From IMG/VR virus record IMGVR_UViG_3300045988_127420: a stretch of DNA of 37,829 nt, one strand, 5' to 3'. Of this stretch, positions 1-8,880 are shown piece by piece. The translations under genes and the position numbers were made by a program. This DNA is from a virus. How positions within the stretch are numbered: position 1 is the stretch's first letter; every line of letters begins with the position of its first letter. The notes under the pieces were generated by a model that ran no database searches, was not told the origin of the DNA, and worked only from the letters and a program-made list of their open reading frames with translations.

Positions 1-111
1 GAGCGAGCCGCAGCAGAGCGAGCCGCAGCAGAGCGAGCCGCAGCAGAGCGAGCCGCAGCAGAGCGAGCCGCAGCAGAGCGAGCCGCAGCAGAGCGAGCCG
101 CAGCAGAGCGA
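1..111. repeat. Perfect 15-bp tandem repeat GAGCGAGCCGCAGCA (7 units plus GAGCGA); duplicate of 37719-37829 (contig-end overlap)
   Basis: Counted directly: 7 exact units then GAGCGA. The same 111 nt is found at 37719-37829. Confidence 0.95.
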
Positions 112-162
112 TGGACCCTGAGCGCGCGCGAGCGCGCGGTCATCGACGGGCTGCGGGGATAA
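1..162 (+). CDS. 3' end of the wrap-around methyltransferase-like gene that starts at 37053
   Basis: Frame 1 reads (ERAAA)7-ERWTLSARERAVIDGLRG-stop (TAA 160-162). This is the same frame and repeat phase as the ORF running off the window end. Confidence 0.7.
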   Translation, partial: ERAAAERAAAERAAAERAAAERAAAERAAAERAAAERWTLSARERAVIDGLRG

Positions 163-174
163 GGAGACCGCAAG

Positions 175-1575
175 ATGGCAACCGACGAGTTCAGCGTGCC
201 GGCGCACGTGACCAAGAAGCTGAAGGAGCTGGGCTACGCCCTGGACACCTCCATGGATTCGTACATCCAGGCCTGGTACGACTGGTACAGCGGCAAGGAC
301 GACTGGTACAAGGAGGGCTACACCGACCTGCAGGGCCACAGGCGCAAGCGCGACCGCATGAGCATCAGGCCCGCCAAGCGCGTGGCCGCCGAGTGGGCCA
401 GCCTTCTGGTGACCGACGACACCGAGGTGAGCGTGGAGGGCGCGCAGGCCAACGAGTGGCTGCAGGACTGGCTCGACCGCGCGAACTTCTGGCCCACGGG
501 GCAGTTGATCGTGGAGAAGGCCTTCGCCATGGGCACGGCGGCCTGGGCGCTGTGGTTCGACGTGCGCGACGACGGGGCGGCCGTCAAGGTGCGCCGCTAC
601 GACGCCCGCATGGTGCGCCCGCTGTCCTGGGACGAGGAGGGCGTGAGCGAGTGCGCGTTCGTGACCCGCGCCGCCGTCAAGGGCAAGCGCGCCGACCAGC
701 TGCAGGTGCACGCCTGGGACGCCGACACGGCCAGCTACCACATCCGCACGTACCTGTTCGAGGAGGGCAGGCAGCTCGACGCCGAGGACAACGGCATCCT
801 GGAGGACTTCGACACGCAGCAGGCCTGCCCCACGTTCGGCATCGTGAGGCCCGCGCTGGAGAACACGTACGTGGACCTGTCCCCGTACGGCCAGAGCGTG
901 TTCGCCGACGCGGTGGACGCCGTGAAGGCGGTGGACCTGGCCTTCGACTCCATGTTCCAGGAGGTGGATTTGACTCGGCCCAAGGTGTTCGTGGACGAGT
1001 CGATGGTGGATGTGCGCAGCGAGAACGGCAAGGTGGTGCCCGTGCCGAAGGTGGAGGGCCGCCTGTTCCGCAAAATGGTGGGCCGCGACGTAACCAAGGA
1101 CCTCATCGACATCTACAGCCCGAACATCCGCATCGAGCCGCTGCGCTCCGCGTTCGACGTGGCGCTGGCCGAGCTGGGCGAGCTGTGCGGCTTCGGCCAG
1201 CAGTACTTCGCGCTGGACCGCACGGGCGGCCTGAAGACGGCTACCGAGGTGACCGCCGACAACTCCGCGCTGATGCGCAACGTCCGCAAGCACGAGAACG
1301 TGCTGCGCGGAGCCATCCAGCGCGTGGTGACCAGCCTGCTCAACTGCGCCCGCATCCACTGCGGCGCGGCCATCGAGGAGGACTTCGGCGCGGTGAGCGT
1401 GCAGTTTGACGATTCGGTCATCACGGACACACAGACCGAGAAGACCACCATGATGGCCGAGATAGCGGCGGGCGTGCTGCCGAAGTGGCGCTACGCCGTG
1501 GAGTTCTACGGCATGAGCCCCGAGGAGGCGCAGGCGGCGCTGCCCGCCGAGCAGGTGCTGGATGTGGGGTTCTAG
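175..1575 (+). CDS. Portal protein (SPP1 gp6-like)
   Basis: 466-aa ORF lying between the terminase (via circular closure) and the MuF head protein. Size and sequence character fit a siphovirus portal; GGAG-type RBS upstream. Confidence 0.8.
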   Translation: MATDEFSVPAHVTKKLKELGYALDTSMDSYIQAWYDWYSGKDDWYKEGYTDLQGHRRKRDRMSIRPAKRVAAEWASLLVTDDTEVSVEGAQANEWLQDWLDRANFWPTGQLIVEKAFAMGTAAWALWFDVRDDGAAVKVRRYDARMVRPLSWDEEGVSECAFVTRAAVKGKRADQLQVHAWDADTASYHIRTYLFEEGRQLDAEDNGILEDFDTQQACPTFGIVRPALENTYVDLSPYGQSVFADAVDAVKAVDLAFDSMFQEVDLTRPKVFVDESMVDVRSENGKVVPVPKVEGRLFRKMVGRDVTKDLIDIYSPNIRIEPLRSAFDVALAELGELCGFGQQYFALDRTGGLKTATEVTADNSALMRNVRKHENVLRGAIQRVVTSLLNCARIHCGAAIEEDFGAVSVQFDDSVITDTQTEKTTMMAEIAAGVLPKWRYAVEFYGMSPEEAQAALPAEQVLDVGF

Positions 1576-3352
1576 CATGCTGAGCCCCGAGTACCTGGAC
1601 CAGGCGGGCGAGAAGGTGGCCAGCGTCTACCGCCAGATAGAGGCCGACATGCTGGCATACCTGGCGCGCCGCATGGTGGAGGGCGACATAGCCGACCAGC
1701 GCAGCCTGACCGCCCTGGAGCTGCTGGCGCAGTCCAGCGCCTCCAAGCTGATGGAGATCATCGGCGAGCGCGAGGCCGACATAAGCCGCGCCGTGAGGCT
1801 TGAGGTGACCGACGCCATCAAGCGGTGCAGTGCGGATGACCTGCGCCGCATCAAGCAGGGCCTGGGCGTGGACCTTGAGGCCGCGACCACCCGCCAGGCG
1901 GCGCTCACCATCGGCGGCGTGGCCCGCATCCTGGCCCGCGACAACATCGACATGGCCGAGGGCGCGCGGCGCGCGTTCCTGGACGCCAGCACGTGGGCCG
2001 TGATGCAGGTGAACAGCGGCGCCATGACCACCGAGCGCGCGCTGCACATGGCGGTGCGCAGGCTTGAGCGAGACGGCGTGAGCGTGGTGCAGTACCGCAA
2101 CGCCGCCACCGGCGCGCAGACCGTGGCCAACAAGGTGGACGTGGCCGTGCGCCGCCACATCCGCACGCAGATACTGCAGGACGGCATGGCCATGACCGAG
2201 GGCATCATGGACCAGGCGGGCGTGCAGCTTGTGGAGGTCTCCAGCCACGGCGGCAGCCGCCCGAGCCACGCCAAGTGGGAGGGCCGCGTCTATAGCCGCC
2301 ACGGTGACCAGGTAATCGACGGAGTGCTGTACCGCGACTTCAAGACGGCGTGCAACTGGGGCGACGTGGCGGACGGCATCGGCGGCGCGAACTGCCGCCA
2401 CAGCTACAGCGCGTGGTTCCCCGGCATGAAGCGCCTGTACGAGCCGGACCCGCCCCACCCCAGCGGCCTGGACAACGCCGAGGTGTACGAGCTGACGCAG
2501 AGGCAGCGCGCGGGCGAGCGCGAGATACGCGCCACCAAGCGCGAGCTGGCGGGCGCGCAGATGCTGTACGAGAAGAGCGGCGGCCTGTCCGACCGCGCCG
2601 AGGTATCGCGCCTGCAGATACGCCTGCGAGACCAGCAGGCGCGCATGCGGCAGCTGGTGGCCGAGAACCCCAAGGTGCTGCAGCGCAGCCCGCGGCGCGA
2701 GTGGGCCGGGGACATGCCGAAGGTGACGCTGCCCGTGAAGGCGAGCGGGCGCAAGCTGGACGATCTGCTCAAGGAGCGCAGCGACGCCATCAAGGCCAAG
2801 GGGCTGAGCGTTTCGGAGGTGCGCGGCGGAATTGTGGCCAAGCTCAAGGAGCAGGACATGACCGCCAAGGACTTCGCGCAGCTGGCGCGCAAGGAGCAGA
2901 ACGGCATGCTCGACAACGCGACGAAGCAGTCTGGCGCGCTCAACAATAAGAACGACCCGGACTACGAGCGCAGGAACGCGCACGCCGTGAGCTACTACGA
3001 GGAGCTGAGGAACCGGGACCGCGGCACCATCGCAAGGAAGATAGCCAGGGAATCAAGCATCGACGAGAAGACGGCGCGCAAGGCATTCGAGCACCTGTTC
3101 GTGGAGGAGCACGACCTGGAAGACGGGCACCGCCGATTCTGGGAGGACTATCACATAGCCCAGTCGGTCCAGCGCCTCCTGCTAGGCGAAGGCGTGCAGG
3201 AACACGACCGCATCCTTTTCAAGCATGAGGCGCTTGAGGCCGAGTACATGGCGCAGGGCATGGCGCAGGGCGCAGCCCACGACGCGGCGAATCTGCGGTA
3301 CAATTACGCCGAAGCGCTGAAACAATGGCGAGAAGAGAACGGGGTGGATTAA
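1562..3352 (+). CDS. Minor head / head-morphogenesis protein (MuF / SPP1 gp7 family) with a ~200-aa C-terminal extension
   Basis: 596 aa directly after the portal. Central segment (SHGGSRPSHAKWEGRVY ... GGANCRHS) matches the MuF/minor-capsid-2 pattern. Alternative start ATG 1577. Confidence 0.75.
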   Translation: MWGSSMLSPEYLDQAGEKVASVYRQIEADMLAYLARRMVEGDIADQRSLTALELLAQSSASKLMEIIGEREADISRAVRLEVTDAIKRCSADDLRRIKQGLGVDLEAATTRQAALTIGGVARILARDNIDMAEGARRAFLDASTWAVMQVNSGAMTTERALHMAVRRLERDGVSVVQYRNAATGAQTVANKVDVAVRRHIRTQILQDGMAMTEGIMDQAGVQLVEVSSHGGSRPSHAKWEGRVYSRHGDQVIDGVLYRDFKTACNWGDVADGIGGANCRHSYSAWFPGMKRLYEPDPPHPSGLDNAEVYELTQRQRAGEREIRATKRELAGAQMLYEKSGGLSDRAEVSRLQIRLRDQQARMRQLVAENPKVLQRSPRREWAGDMPKVTLPVKASGRKLDDLLKERSDAIKAKGLSVSEVRGGIVAKLKEQDMTAKDFAQLARKEQNGMLDNATKQSGALNNKNDPDYERRNAHAVSYYEELRNRDRGTIARKIARESSIDEKTARKAFEHLFVEEHDLEDGHRRFWEDYHIAQSVQRLLLGEGVQEHDRILFKHEALEAEYMAQGMAQGAAHDAANLRYNYAEALKQWREENGVD

Positions 3353-3586
3353 GTGCTCAAATTCGAGAAGATAAGCGATGACGGCAACGTGGCGACCTAT
3401 GCCTACCACCCCGGTGGCTCCGGTGCTCCAGGAACGGCTACCTACGACCGCGCGAGCAGCAAGGCAACACTGGTAAAAAAATCACCCGACGAAGATGGAA
3501 TGAGCGCCGGGCAGATGATGGCATGCCTGCGAAGAATGGCATCGGCCGGAGACTTCAAGCAGAGCGGCACCGTAGCCTGGTACTAG
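3353..3586 (+). CDS. Hypothetical 77-aa protein
   Basis: GTG start abuts the TAA of the upstream gene. Locally lower GC. Followed by a terminator hairpin. No recognisable domain. Confidence 0.45.
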   Translation: MLKFEKISDDGNVATYAYHPGGSGAPGTATYDRASSKATLVKKSPDEDGMSAGQMMACLRRMASAGDFKQSGTVAWY

Positions 3587-3616
3587 CCACAAAACAACCG
3601 AACAGAACCGAACGCG

Positions 3617-3645
3617 AAGCCGTCCCGATGGGGCGGCTTTTCTCA
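3617..3645 (+). terminator. Rho-independent terminator-like hairpin
   Basis: AAGCCGTCCC-GAT-GGGGCGGCTT stem (one G-U pair) followed by TTTTCTC. Confidence 0.55.
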
Positions 3646-3799
3646 TGCCCGGAAACCGCAGGCGACACGTGCCCGACCATCCAACCATCGCGAGGGGCGG
3701 CGGCAACGGCCCCGTGCGCGGCAGCGGCGGCAACAGCTGCAATCGACCGAAGCGCGCAGTGAAGCGCGGCAACCAAACACCGGGAAGGACGGTACGGAC

Positions 3800-4354
3800 A
3801 TGGCAGACCAGCAAGACCCCAAGGACCCCAAGGGCACCGAGGGCAACGGCACCGAGGGCGGCGCCAACACCGAGGGCAACGCCCAGGGAGACCCGAAGCC
3901 CAAGGACCCCGAGGGCAACGGCACCAACCCCGAGGGCGCGGGCGAAGGCGGCGGCGAGGGCGGCAAGCCCGGCGCGACCGTCAACCGCCACAAGTACGAG
4001 CGCGACCTAGAGGCCAAGGACAAGGAAATCGAGGAGCTGAAGGCGCAGATCGCCGAGGCCGCGAAGACCAAGGAGGGCCGCGAGGAGCTGGAGAAGAAGA
4101 TGGACGACCTCAAGGCGCAGATGGCGTCCGAGAAGGTCGGCTACCAGCTGGAGCTGGCGGGCTGCGTGAACGTCAAAGCGGCCAAGGCGCTGCTCGACGA
4201 CTACGACGGCGACGTGGCCAAGCTCAAGGAAGCGTGCCCGTACCTGTTCGGCAAGGAGAAGAAGACCGGCGCCACGGGCGCGAAGCCCACGGGAGCCGTA
4301 GGCGACGACGACGCGGAACTCGACCGCGCGTTCGGCCTGAAGAAGAAGCAGTAG
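3800..4354 (+). CDS. Scaffolding protein
   Basis: 184 aa just upstream of the major capsid gene. Low-complexity G/E/N/P N-terminus, then a charged coiled-coil segment (KDKEIEELKAQIAEAAK...), as in GP20-type scaffolds. Confidence 0.6.
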   Translation: MADQQDPKDPKGTEGNGTEGGANTEGNAQGDPKPKDPEGNGTNPEGAGEGGGEGGKPGATVNRHKYERDLEAKDKEIEELKAQIAEAAKTKEGREELEKKMDDLKAQMASEKVGYQLELAGCVNVKAAKALLDDYDGDVAKLKEACPYLFGKEKKTGATGAKPTGAVGDDDAELDRAFGLKKKQ

Positions 4355-4367
4355 GAAGGAGCGGCAC

Positions 4368-5267
4368 ATGCCCGCAAACAACCTCGGCGGGGTCGTGGAG
4401 AAGTTCACCACCCGCCTCGACCAAGTAATCACCCAGGAGTGCGTCACCGGCGACCTCAACATGAACCAGGACCTGCTGGGCGAGATGAGCGGCAACGGCA
4501 CCATCAAGATCGCCCGCATGAGCATGGACGGCCTGGCGGACCACAAGCGCGGCCAGGGCTTCACCAAGGGCGGCATCACCATCGAGTGGGACGACTACAA
4601 GCTGCAGTACGAGCGCGACCGCGAGTTCAACATCGACGTGCTGGACGACGAGGAGCGCGCCAAGCTCGTGTCCGCCCGCGCCATGGGCGAGTTCGCCCGC
4701 ACCAAGGTGGTGCCCGAGGTGGACGCCGTGCGCTTCGCCAAGCTGGCCAAGGAGGCGGGCACCACCGTGGCCGCCGACCTGTCCGGCGCCGACGAGACCG
4801 TGCAGGCGGTCCTCGACGCGGAGGCCTGCATGGAGGACCACGGCAAGAAGCTGAGCGAGTGCGTGTTCTACCACTCCTCCGCCACCAAGAAGCTGCTGCG
4901 CCTGTCCGGCAAGTACCAGCTGTCCGCCGGCCAGAACCCCAACACCAACATCACCACGTGGGACGAGATGAAGATGGTGGGCGTGGCTGGCGACCGCTTC
5001 TACACCGCCATCGACCTGCTGGACGGCGTTTCCTCCAGCGAGGAGGAGGGCGGCTACAAGAAAGCGACCACCGGCAAGGGCATCAACTTCATCGTGATGG
5101 CCCCCGAGGCCGCGGCGGCCATCGCCAAGCACGAGAAGCTGCGCTACTTCTCCCCCGACATCAACCAGGCGGACGAGTGCCACAAGTGGCAGTACCGCCT
5201 GTTCCACGACCTGCTAGTGTACGCCCAGAAGAAGGGCCTCATCTACGTGCACCATGCAACTGCCTAG
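4368..5267 (+). CDS. Major capsid protein
   Basis: 299 aa immediately after the scaffold gene, with RBS GGAAGGAG. Call is by position and size. Confidence 0.7.
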   Translation: MPANNLGGVVEKFTTRLDQVITQECVTGDLNMNQDLLGEMSGNGTIKIARMSMDGLADHKRGQGFTKGGITIEWDDYKLQYERDREFNIDVLDDEERAKLVSARAMGEFARTKVVPEVDAVRFAKLAKEAGTTVAADLSGADETVQAVLDAEACMEDHGKKLSECVFYHSSATKKLLRLSGKYQLSAGQNPNTNITTWDEMKMVGVAGDRFYTAIDLLDGVSSSEEEGGYKKATTGKGINFIVMAPEAAAAIAKHEKLRYFSPDINQADECHKWQYRLFHDLLVYAQKKGLIYVHHATA

Positions 5268-5279
5268 GAAGGAGAGGTC

Positions 5280-5435
5280 ATGAGCACATTCGTGGGGCTG
5301 GAGCTTCCAGCCGAGAAGAAGACGGGCAAGAAGAAGGCCAACAAGGCCGCAGCGCCCGAGCAGCCCGAGCAGAAGCCCGCAGAGCCGGAGCAGAAGCCAG
5401 AGGGCGAGCCCGAGCAGCCCGAGCAGAAGGCGTAG
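5280..5435 (+). CDS. Small PEQ-repeat protein (51 aa), hypothetical
   Basis: ATG 5280 preceded by GGAAGGAGAGG. Product MSTFVGLELPAEKKTGKKKANKAAAPEQPEQKPAEPEQKPEGEPEQPEQKA. Below the length cut-off of the ORF track. Confidence 0.4.
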   Translation: MSTFVGLELPAEKKTGKKKANKAAAPEQPEQKPAEPEQKPEGEPEQPEQKA

Positions 5436-5437
5436 CC

Positions 5438-5788
5438 ATGCTGCCCGAGGTAGGCAGCGCGGACTACAAGGGGGCGCATACCTGGGACGAGGTGTGCGCC
5501 CATCTCCCCGCCGCCGTGGCCGCCGTGCGCGAAGTCATGGGGTTCAACATCCCCGAGCGCGAGGAGCAGGTGGCGGCGTACAAGGCCGCCGTGTGCGCCG
5601 CGCTGGACGTGGACGCGGCCTACGGCTTCTCGGGCGGCGTGGCCGAGAGCCTGCAGTCCATGACCGTGGGCAGCTTCAGCGTCACGCTGGGGCAGCAGGG
5701 CGGGCAGAGCGTCTACGAGCAGGACGTGCAGCGGGCCATCCGCCGCGAGCTTTCGGGCACGGGGCTGCTGTGCCAGCGGCTGGGGTGA
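5438..5788 (+). CDS. Head-tail connector (gp6-like adaptor)
   Basis: 116-aa ORF (MLPEVGSADYKGAHTWDEV...) in the head-completion position after the capsid gene. It is the 3' part of track ORF 4439-5788. Confidence 0.5.
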   Translation: MLPEVGSADYKGAHTWDEVCAHLPAAVAAVREVMGFNIPEREEQVAAYKAAVCAALDVDAAYGFSGGVAESLQSMTVGSFSVTLGQQGGQSVYEQDVQRAIRRELSGTGLLCQRLG

Positions 5789-5795
5789 TGCGCCG

Positions 5796-6140
5796 ATGAT
5801 GCAGATACCCAAGCGCCTGCTGCGTGACCGCATGGTGGTGCTGCTGCCCGACCCCGAGGCCGACTACGCGGGCGAGTACGCCGAGCGCCGCGAGGTGCGC
5901 GGGGTGCTGTTCCAGGGCAAAGCCCAGCTGGGGCGCTCCTCGTGGTCCCTGGCGGACGGCGCGAGCGGGCGCGTGTACATGGACGCCCAGAACAGCCGGG
6001 GCGCGTTCGAGCTTCCCGTGGGCGCGCGCGTGGAGGTGAGCGGCCCGGAGATACCGGGCACGCTGGCCATGGAGGTCAAGGCCTGCGCACCGTACTGCGG
6101 CCTGCGCGGGCTGCACCACTGGGAGGTGGACGTGGGATGA
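5796..6140 (+). CDS. Head closure / head-tail joining protein
   Basis: 114 aa. Call is by position in the connector block. Confidence 0.45.
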   Translation: MMQIPKRLLRDRMVVLLPDPEADYAGEYAERREVRGVLFQGKAQLGRSSWSLADGASGRVYMDAQNSRGAFELPVGARVEVSGPEIPGTLAMEVKACAPYCGLRGLHHWEVDVG

Positions 6141-6505
6141 GCAAGCCGAGGATAACCGTGGACCTGTCGGGCATCGAGGCCAAGCTGTCACCCGAGGCAA
6201 TGCGCGCCAAGCAGGCCGTGTTCGCCCAGCGCGTGGGCAGCGACATGAACGAACGCTGCCCCGTGGACGAGGGAACGCTGCGCGACTCCATGCCAGTGAA
6301 CAGCGACTTCGAGAAGGGGCAGATAGTGTGGAACACGCCCTACGCCAAGCGCGTGCTCAACGCCGACGGCGTGCGCACCGTTAAGAACCCGAGGGCCTGC
6401 CCGCAGTGGCCCGAGGCCGTCAAGGCCGAGCGCCTGGGCGAGTGGCAGAAGATGGCCGGCGCGCTCGTGGCGGACGCAACCGGCAGCGTGGGGGGCACGG
6501 ACTGA
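6137..6505 (+). CDS. Tail-completion / neck protein (HK97 gp10-like position)
   Basis: ATGA start-stop overlap with the upstream gene. 122 aa beginning MSKPRITVDLSGIEAK... Confidence 0.45.
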   Translation: MSKPRITVDLSGIEAKLSPEAMRAKQAVFAQRVGSDMNERCPVDEGTLRDSMPVNSDFEKGQIVWNTPYAKRVLNADGVRTVKNPRACPQWPEAVKAERLGEWQKMAGALVADATGSVGGTD

Positions 6506-6894
6506 TGGGCGTTGCGAGCATCGACTTCTGCGACGTCCTGGCCGCGCGGCTACGCGATGCGGGATACGAGGACGCCCGCGTGCGCCGCCTGGAGAACGTG
6601 AGCCGGGGCGGCATCGCCGTGCGCCGCATGCCGCCCACCACGGCGGGCGAGTACTACGGCGGCGGGCGCTCCGTGTCCTACGTGGCCCAGGTGGTCGTGG
6701 CGCGGGAGAGCGAGGCGCGGGCCATCGACGAGTGCTGCGCAATCGCGGGCATGCTGCGCGACCTCGACCTGCGCAGCGCCAACGGCTCCTACGGGCTGTC
6801 AGCCGCCCGCGTGTACACCGAGCCGCAGGAGCTATACCAGGGGGCCGTCACCGCCTGGGAGTTCCGCATTCAGGCAGACATAACCGTTCGATAG
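6505..6894 (+). CDS. Tail terminator / neck protein
   Basis: TGATG overlap with the upstream gene. 129 aa, immediately before the major tail gene. Confidence 0.4.
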   Translation: MGVASIDFCDVLAARLRDAGYEDARVRRLENVSRGGIAVRRMPPTTAGEYYGGGRSVSYVAQVVVARESEARAIDECCAIAGMLRDLDLRSANGSYGLSAARVYTEPQELYQGAVTAWEFRIQADITVR

Positions 6895-6908
6895 GAAGGA
6901 ACGAGAAC

Positions 6909-7616
6909 ATGGCAGACGAGACCCTCGACTTCGCGCCGAACTACGCGCACACGTTCGAGATCAACACCACGCCGGACTCCGACAAGAAGACCTGGGCCAG
7001 CGCCCTGGTGGGCATCACCAACGTGGTGCCGGCAAACGAGGAGACCGTGAGCGAAGACGCCTACTACAACGACCTGGGAGACACGGACAGCTCCGTGGAC
7101 GCCGTGAAGGTGAGCCTCGCGTTCACCGGCCACCGCAAGTACGGCGACCCCGCGCAGGACTTCATCCAGTCCCGCGCGCTGATGACCAAGAAGAAGCGCA
7201 AGACCGACTACCGATGGACCCAGCCGGACGGCACGCTCCTTGAAGGCGTGCTGACCATGGCCGACCTGGTGCCCGGCTCCGCGATGGGCGACGCCAACAG
7301 CAAGGGCGACTTCACGTGGACCGCGAAGCTGAATACCATCGCCGAGACGCCCGCCGCGAACGAGGCCATGCCCACCGGCGTGACCGTCTCCGAGGTCAAC
7401 GTGACCACGAAGGCCCCGAAGCAGGCCGTGGCCTCCGTGCAGCCGCAGGGCTGCAACCAGAAGTGCCACTTCGCGGTGCAGGACGACACCATCGCCACGG
7501 TATCGCCGGACGGCATGGTGACCGGCCTCAAGGAAGGGAAGACCAAGCTCACCGTGAAGGCGGCGGCGTGCCCGTCGGTCATGCAGACCGTGGAGGTGAC
7601 CGTCACCGCAGGCTAG
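6909..7616 (+). CDS. Major tail protein with C-terminal Big_2 Ig-like domain
   Basis: 235 aa. C-terminus (VTVSEVNVTT...AVQDDTIATVSPDGMVTGLKEGKTKLTVKA...VEVTVTA) matches the bacterial Ig-like group 2 pattern. A strong terminator follows. Confidence 0.7.
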   Translation: MADETLDFAPNYAHTFEINTTPDSDKKTWASALVGITNVVPANEETVSEDAYYNDLGDTDSSVDAVKVSLAFTGHRKYGDPAQDFIQSRALMTKKKRKTDYRWTQPDGTLLEGVLTMADLVPGSAMGDANSKGDFTWTAKLNTIAETPAANEAMPTGVTVSEVNVTTKAPKQAVASVQPQGCNQKCHFAVQDDTIATVSPDGMVTGLKEGKTKLTVKAAACPSVMQTVEVTVTAG

Positions 7617-7651
7617 CCGCAGGCGACACAGGCGGGAACATCCCACGACGT

Positions 7652-7692
7652 GGGGCAGGGACAACGTGAGCCGTCCCTGCCCCTTTTCTTTT
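7652..7692 (+). terminator. Rho-independent terminator
   Basis: Perfect 11-bp stem GGGGCAGGGAC/GTCCCTGCCCC with a 10-nt loop, followed by TTTTCTTTT. Confidence 0.8.
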
Positions 7693-7724
7693 GCCAAGGC
7701 TCACGGACTAGGAAGGCTCACGTC

Positions 7725-8210
7725 ATGGCAGAACTGATCAGAATCAACCGCGCGGTGGAGACCATCGAGGTGCGCGACGAGAACGGCGATGTGGCGTGCT
7801 CGTGGAAGGTGCGCACCGACGACGAAAACCTGGAGCGCATGCTGCGCATGGTGGGCAACGCCATGGACCGCTTCGCCGCGCTCAACGACGAGATGACGCA
7901 GGCTGAGACCGACGAGGAGCGCCAGAAGGCCGCCGAGACCATGGCGCGGCTGTTCAAGCGCACCATCACGGCCATTATCGGCGAGCAGGGCTGGCACGAC
8001 GTGCTGGCCTACATCGGCGACGGCGAGGAGTGCGACCCAGCCGCCAACATCGCCAACCTGGGCGAGGTGTTCGCCGCGCTCACCACGTGGCTGTGGAACC
8101 ACTGCAGCTCCAAGCAGCTGCGCGAGGCGGGCGTGTACTTCACAGCCGAGAAAGCCAAGCTGCCCATGAACCGCAAGCAGCGCCGCGCCAAGAAGAAGGG
8201 CGGCAAGTAG
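7725..8210 (+). CDS. Tail assembly chaperone
   Basis: 161-aa acidic protein between the major tail gene and the tape measure gene. Confidence 0.5.
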   Translation: MAELIRINRAVETIEVRDENGDVACSWKVRTDDENLERMLRMVGNAMDRFAALNDEMTQAETDEERQKAAETMARLFKRTITAIIGEQGWHDVLAYIGDGEECDPAANIANLGEVFAALTTWLWNHCSSKQLREAGVYFTAEKAKLPMNRKQRRAKKKGGK

Positions 8211-8875
8211 TGGACGCCGCCAGCCTGACCGCCCCGAGGGTGCGGCTTGAGGGCGGCGGCACCGCGCTGCGCTTCCCGTGGAACGGCGAGGAGGTGCTGG
8301 TGCGCGACGACAGCCTGACTGCCCTGCAGGTGGCGGCCATCTTCGCGGACGAGGGGATGGCCGAGGCCGAAAAGCCCCGCGAGGTCATCCCCCGTCTGTT
8401 CGCGGACCCCGACGCGGCCTTCACGGCATGCGACTACAGCTGGCCCGAGTTCGGGCGGCTGATACAGGCCGCCGTGAACCAGGTGTACGGCATCGACAAC
8501 TCGGGAGGGCCGAAGCGCCCGCCGCTGTGGGACCCCGAGGAGGACGCCGCCTGCATACGCGCCAGCCTGCGCATGGCCTACGGGCTCGACTGGGACGAGA
8601 AGGCATCCAGCCTGCCCTGGGCCGAGTTCGTGGCGCTGGTGTGGTCCCTCCCGCGCGACACGCCCATGGGCGCGCGCATCTACTACCGCAACAACGACAA
8701 CCGCCCGAAGCGGGCGAAGAACAACGCGAACAAGGCGGAGATGGAGGAGTTCGACCGCCTGCACCGCGCCTTCGCGCTTAAGAACAACAAGAGAACAGGC
8801 TCACACGACAGCGCGGAAGCGTCCAACCAGGCCATGAACGACCTGGCGCGGGCGCTCCACGCCAAGATGGGGTGA
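8210..8875 (+). CDS. Gp15-like tail chaperone-region protein
   Basis: GTG 8210 overlaps the TAG of the upstream gene and lies in the -1 frame relative to it. 221 aa, just before the tape measure gene. Confidence 0.45.
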   Translation: MDAASLTAPRVRLEGGGTALRFPWNGEEVLVRDDSLTALQVAAIFADEGMAEAEKPREVIPRLFADPDAAFTACDYSWPEFGRLIQAAVNQVYGIDNSGGPKRPPLWDPEEDAACIRASLRMAYGLDWDEKASSLPWAEFVALVWSLPRDTPMGARIYYRNNDNRPKRAKNNANKAEMEEFDRLHRAFALKNNKRTGSHDSAEASNQAMNDLARALHAKMG

Positions 8876-8880
8876 GCTGA

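Noticed and set aside
111-1409. A 432-aa alternative-frame ORF overlapping the portal gene
   Set aside because: Its translation is an Arg/Gly/Ala-rich nonsense-like string. The overlapping frame from 175 gives a normal globular protein in the expected portal position.
5330-5432. Imperfect CCCGAGCAG repeats
   Set aside because: These are coding low complexity (PEQ repeats) in a small ORF. They are degenerate and show no sign of being a regulatory or mobile repeat.
8181-8215. Programmed -1 frameshift joining the chaperone ORF 7725-8210 to the -1 frame ORF 8210-8875 (G/GT-type)
   Set aside because: The downstream ORF is in the -1 frame, but I see no XXXYYYZ slippery heptamer in CGCCGCGCCAAGAAGAAGGGCGGCAAGTAG. 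A GTG overlapping the stop allows independent or coupled initiation. The frameshift is left as unproven rather than excluded.
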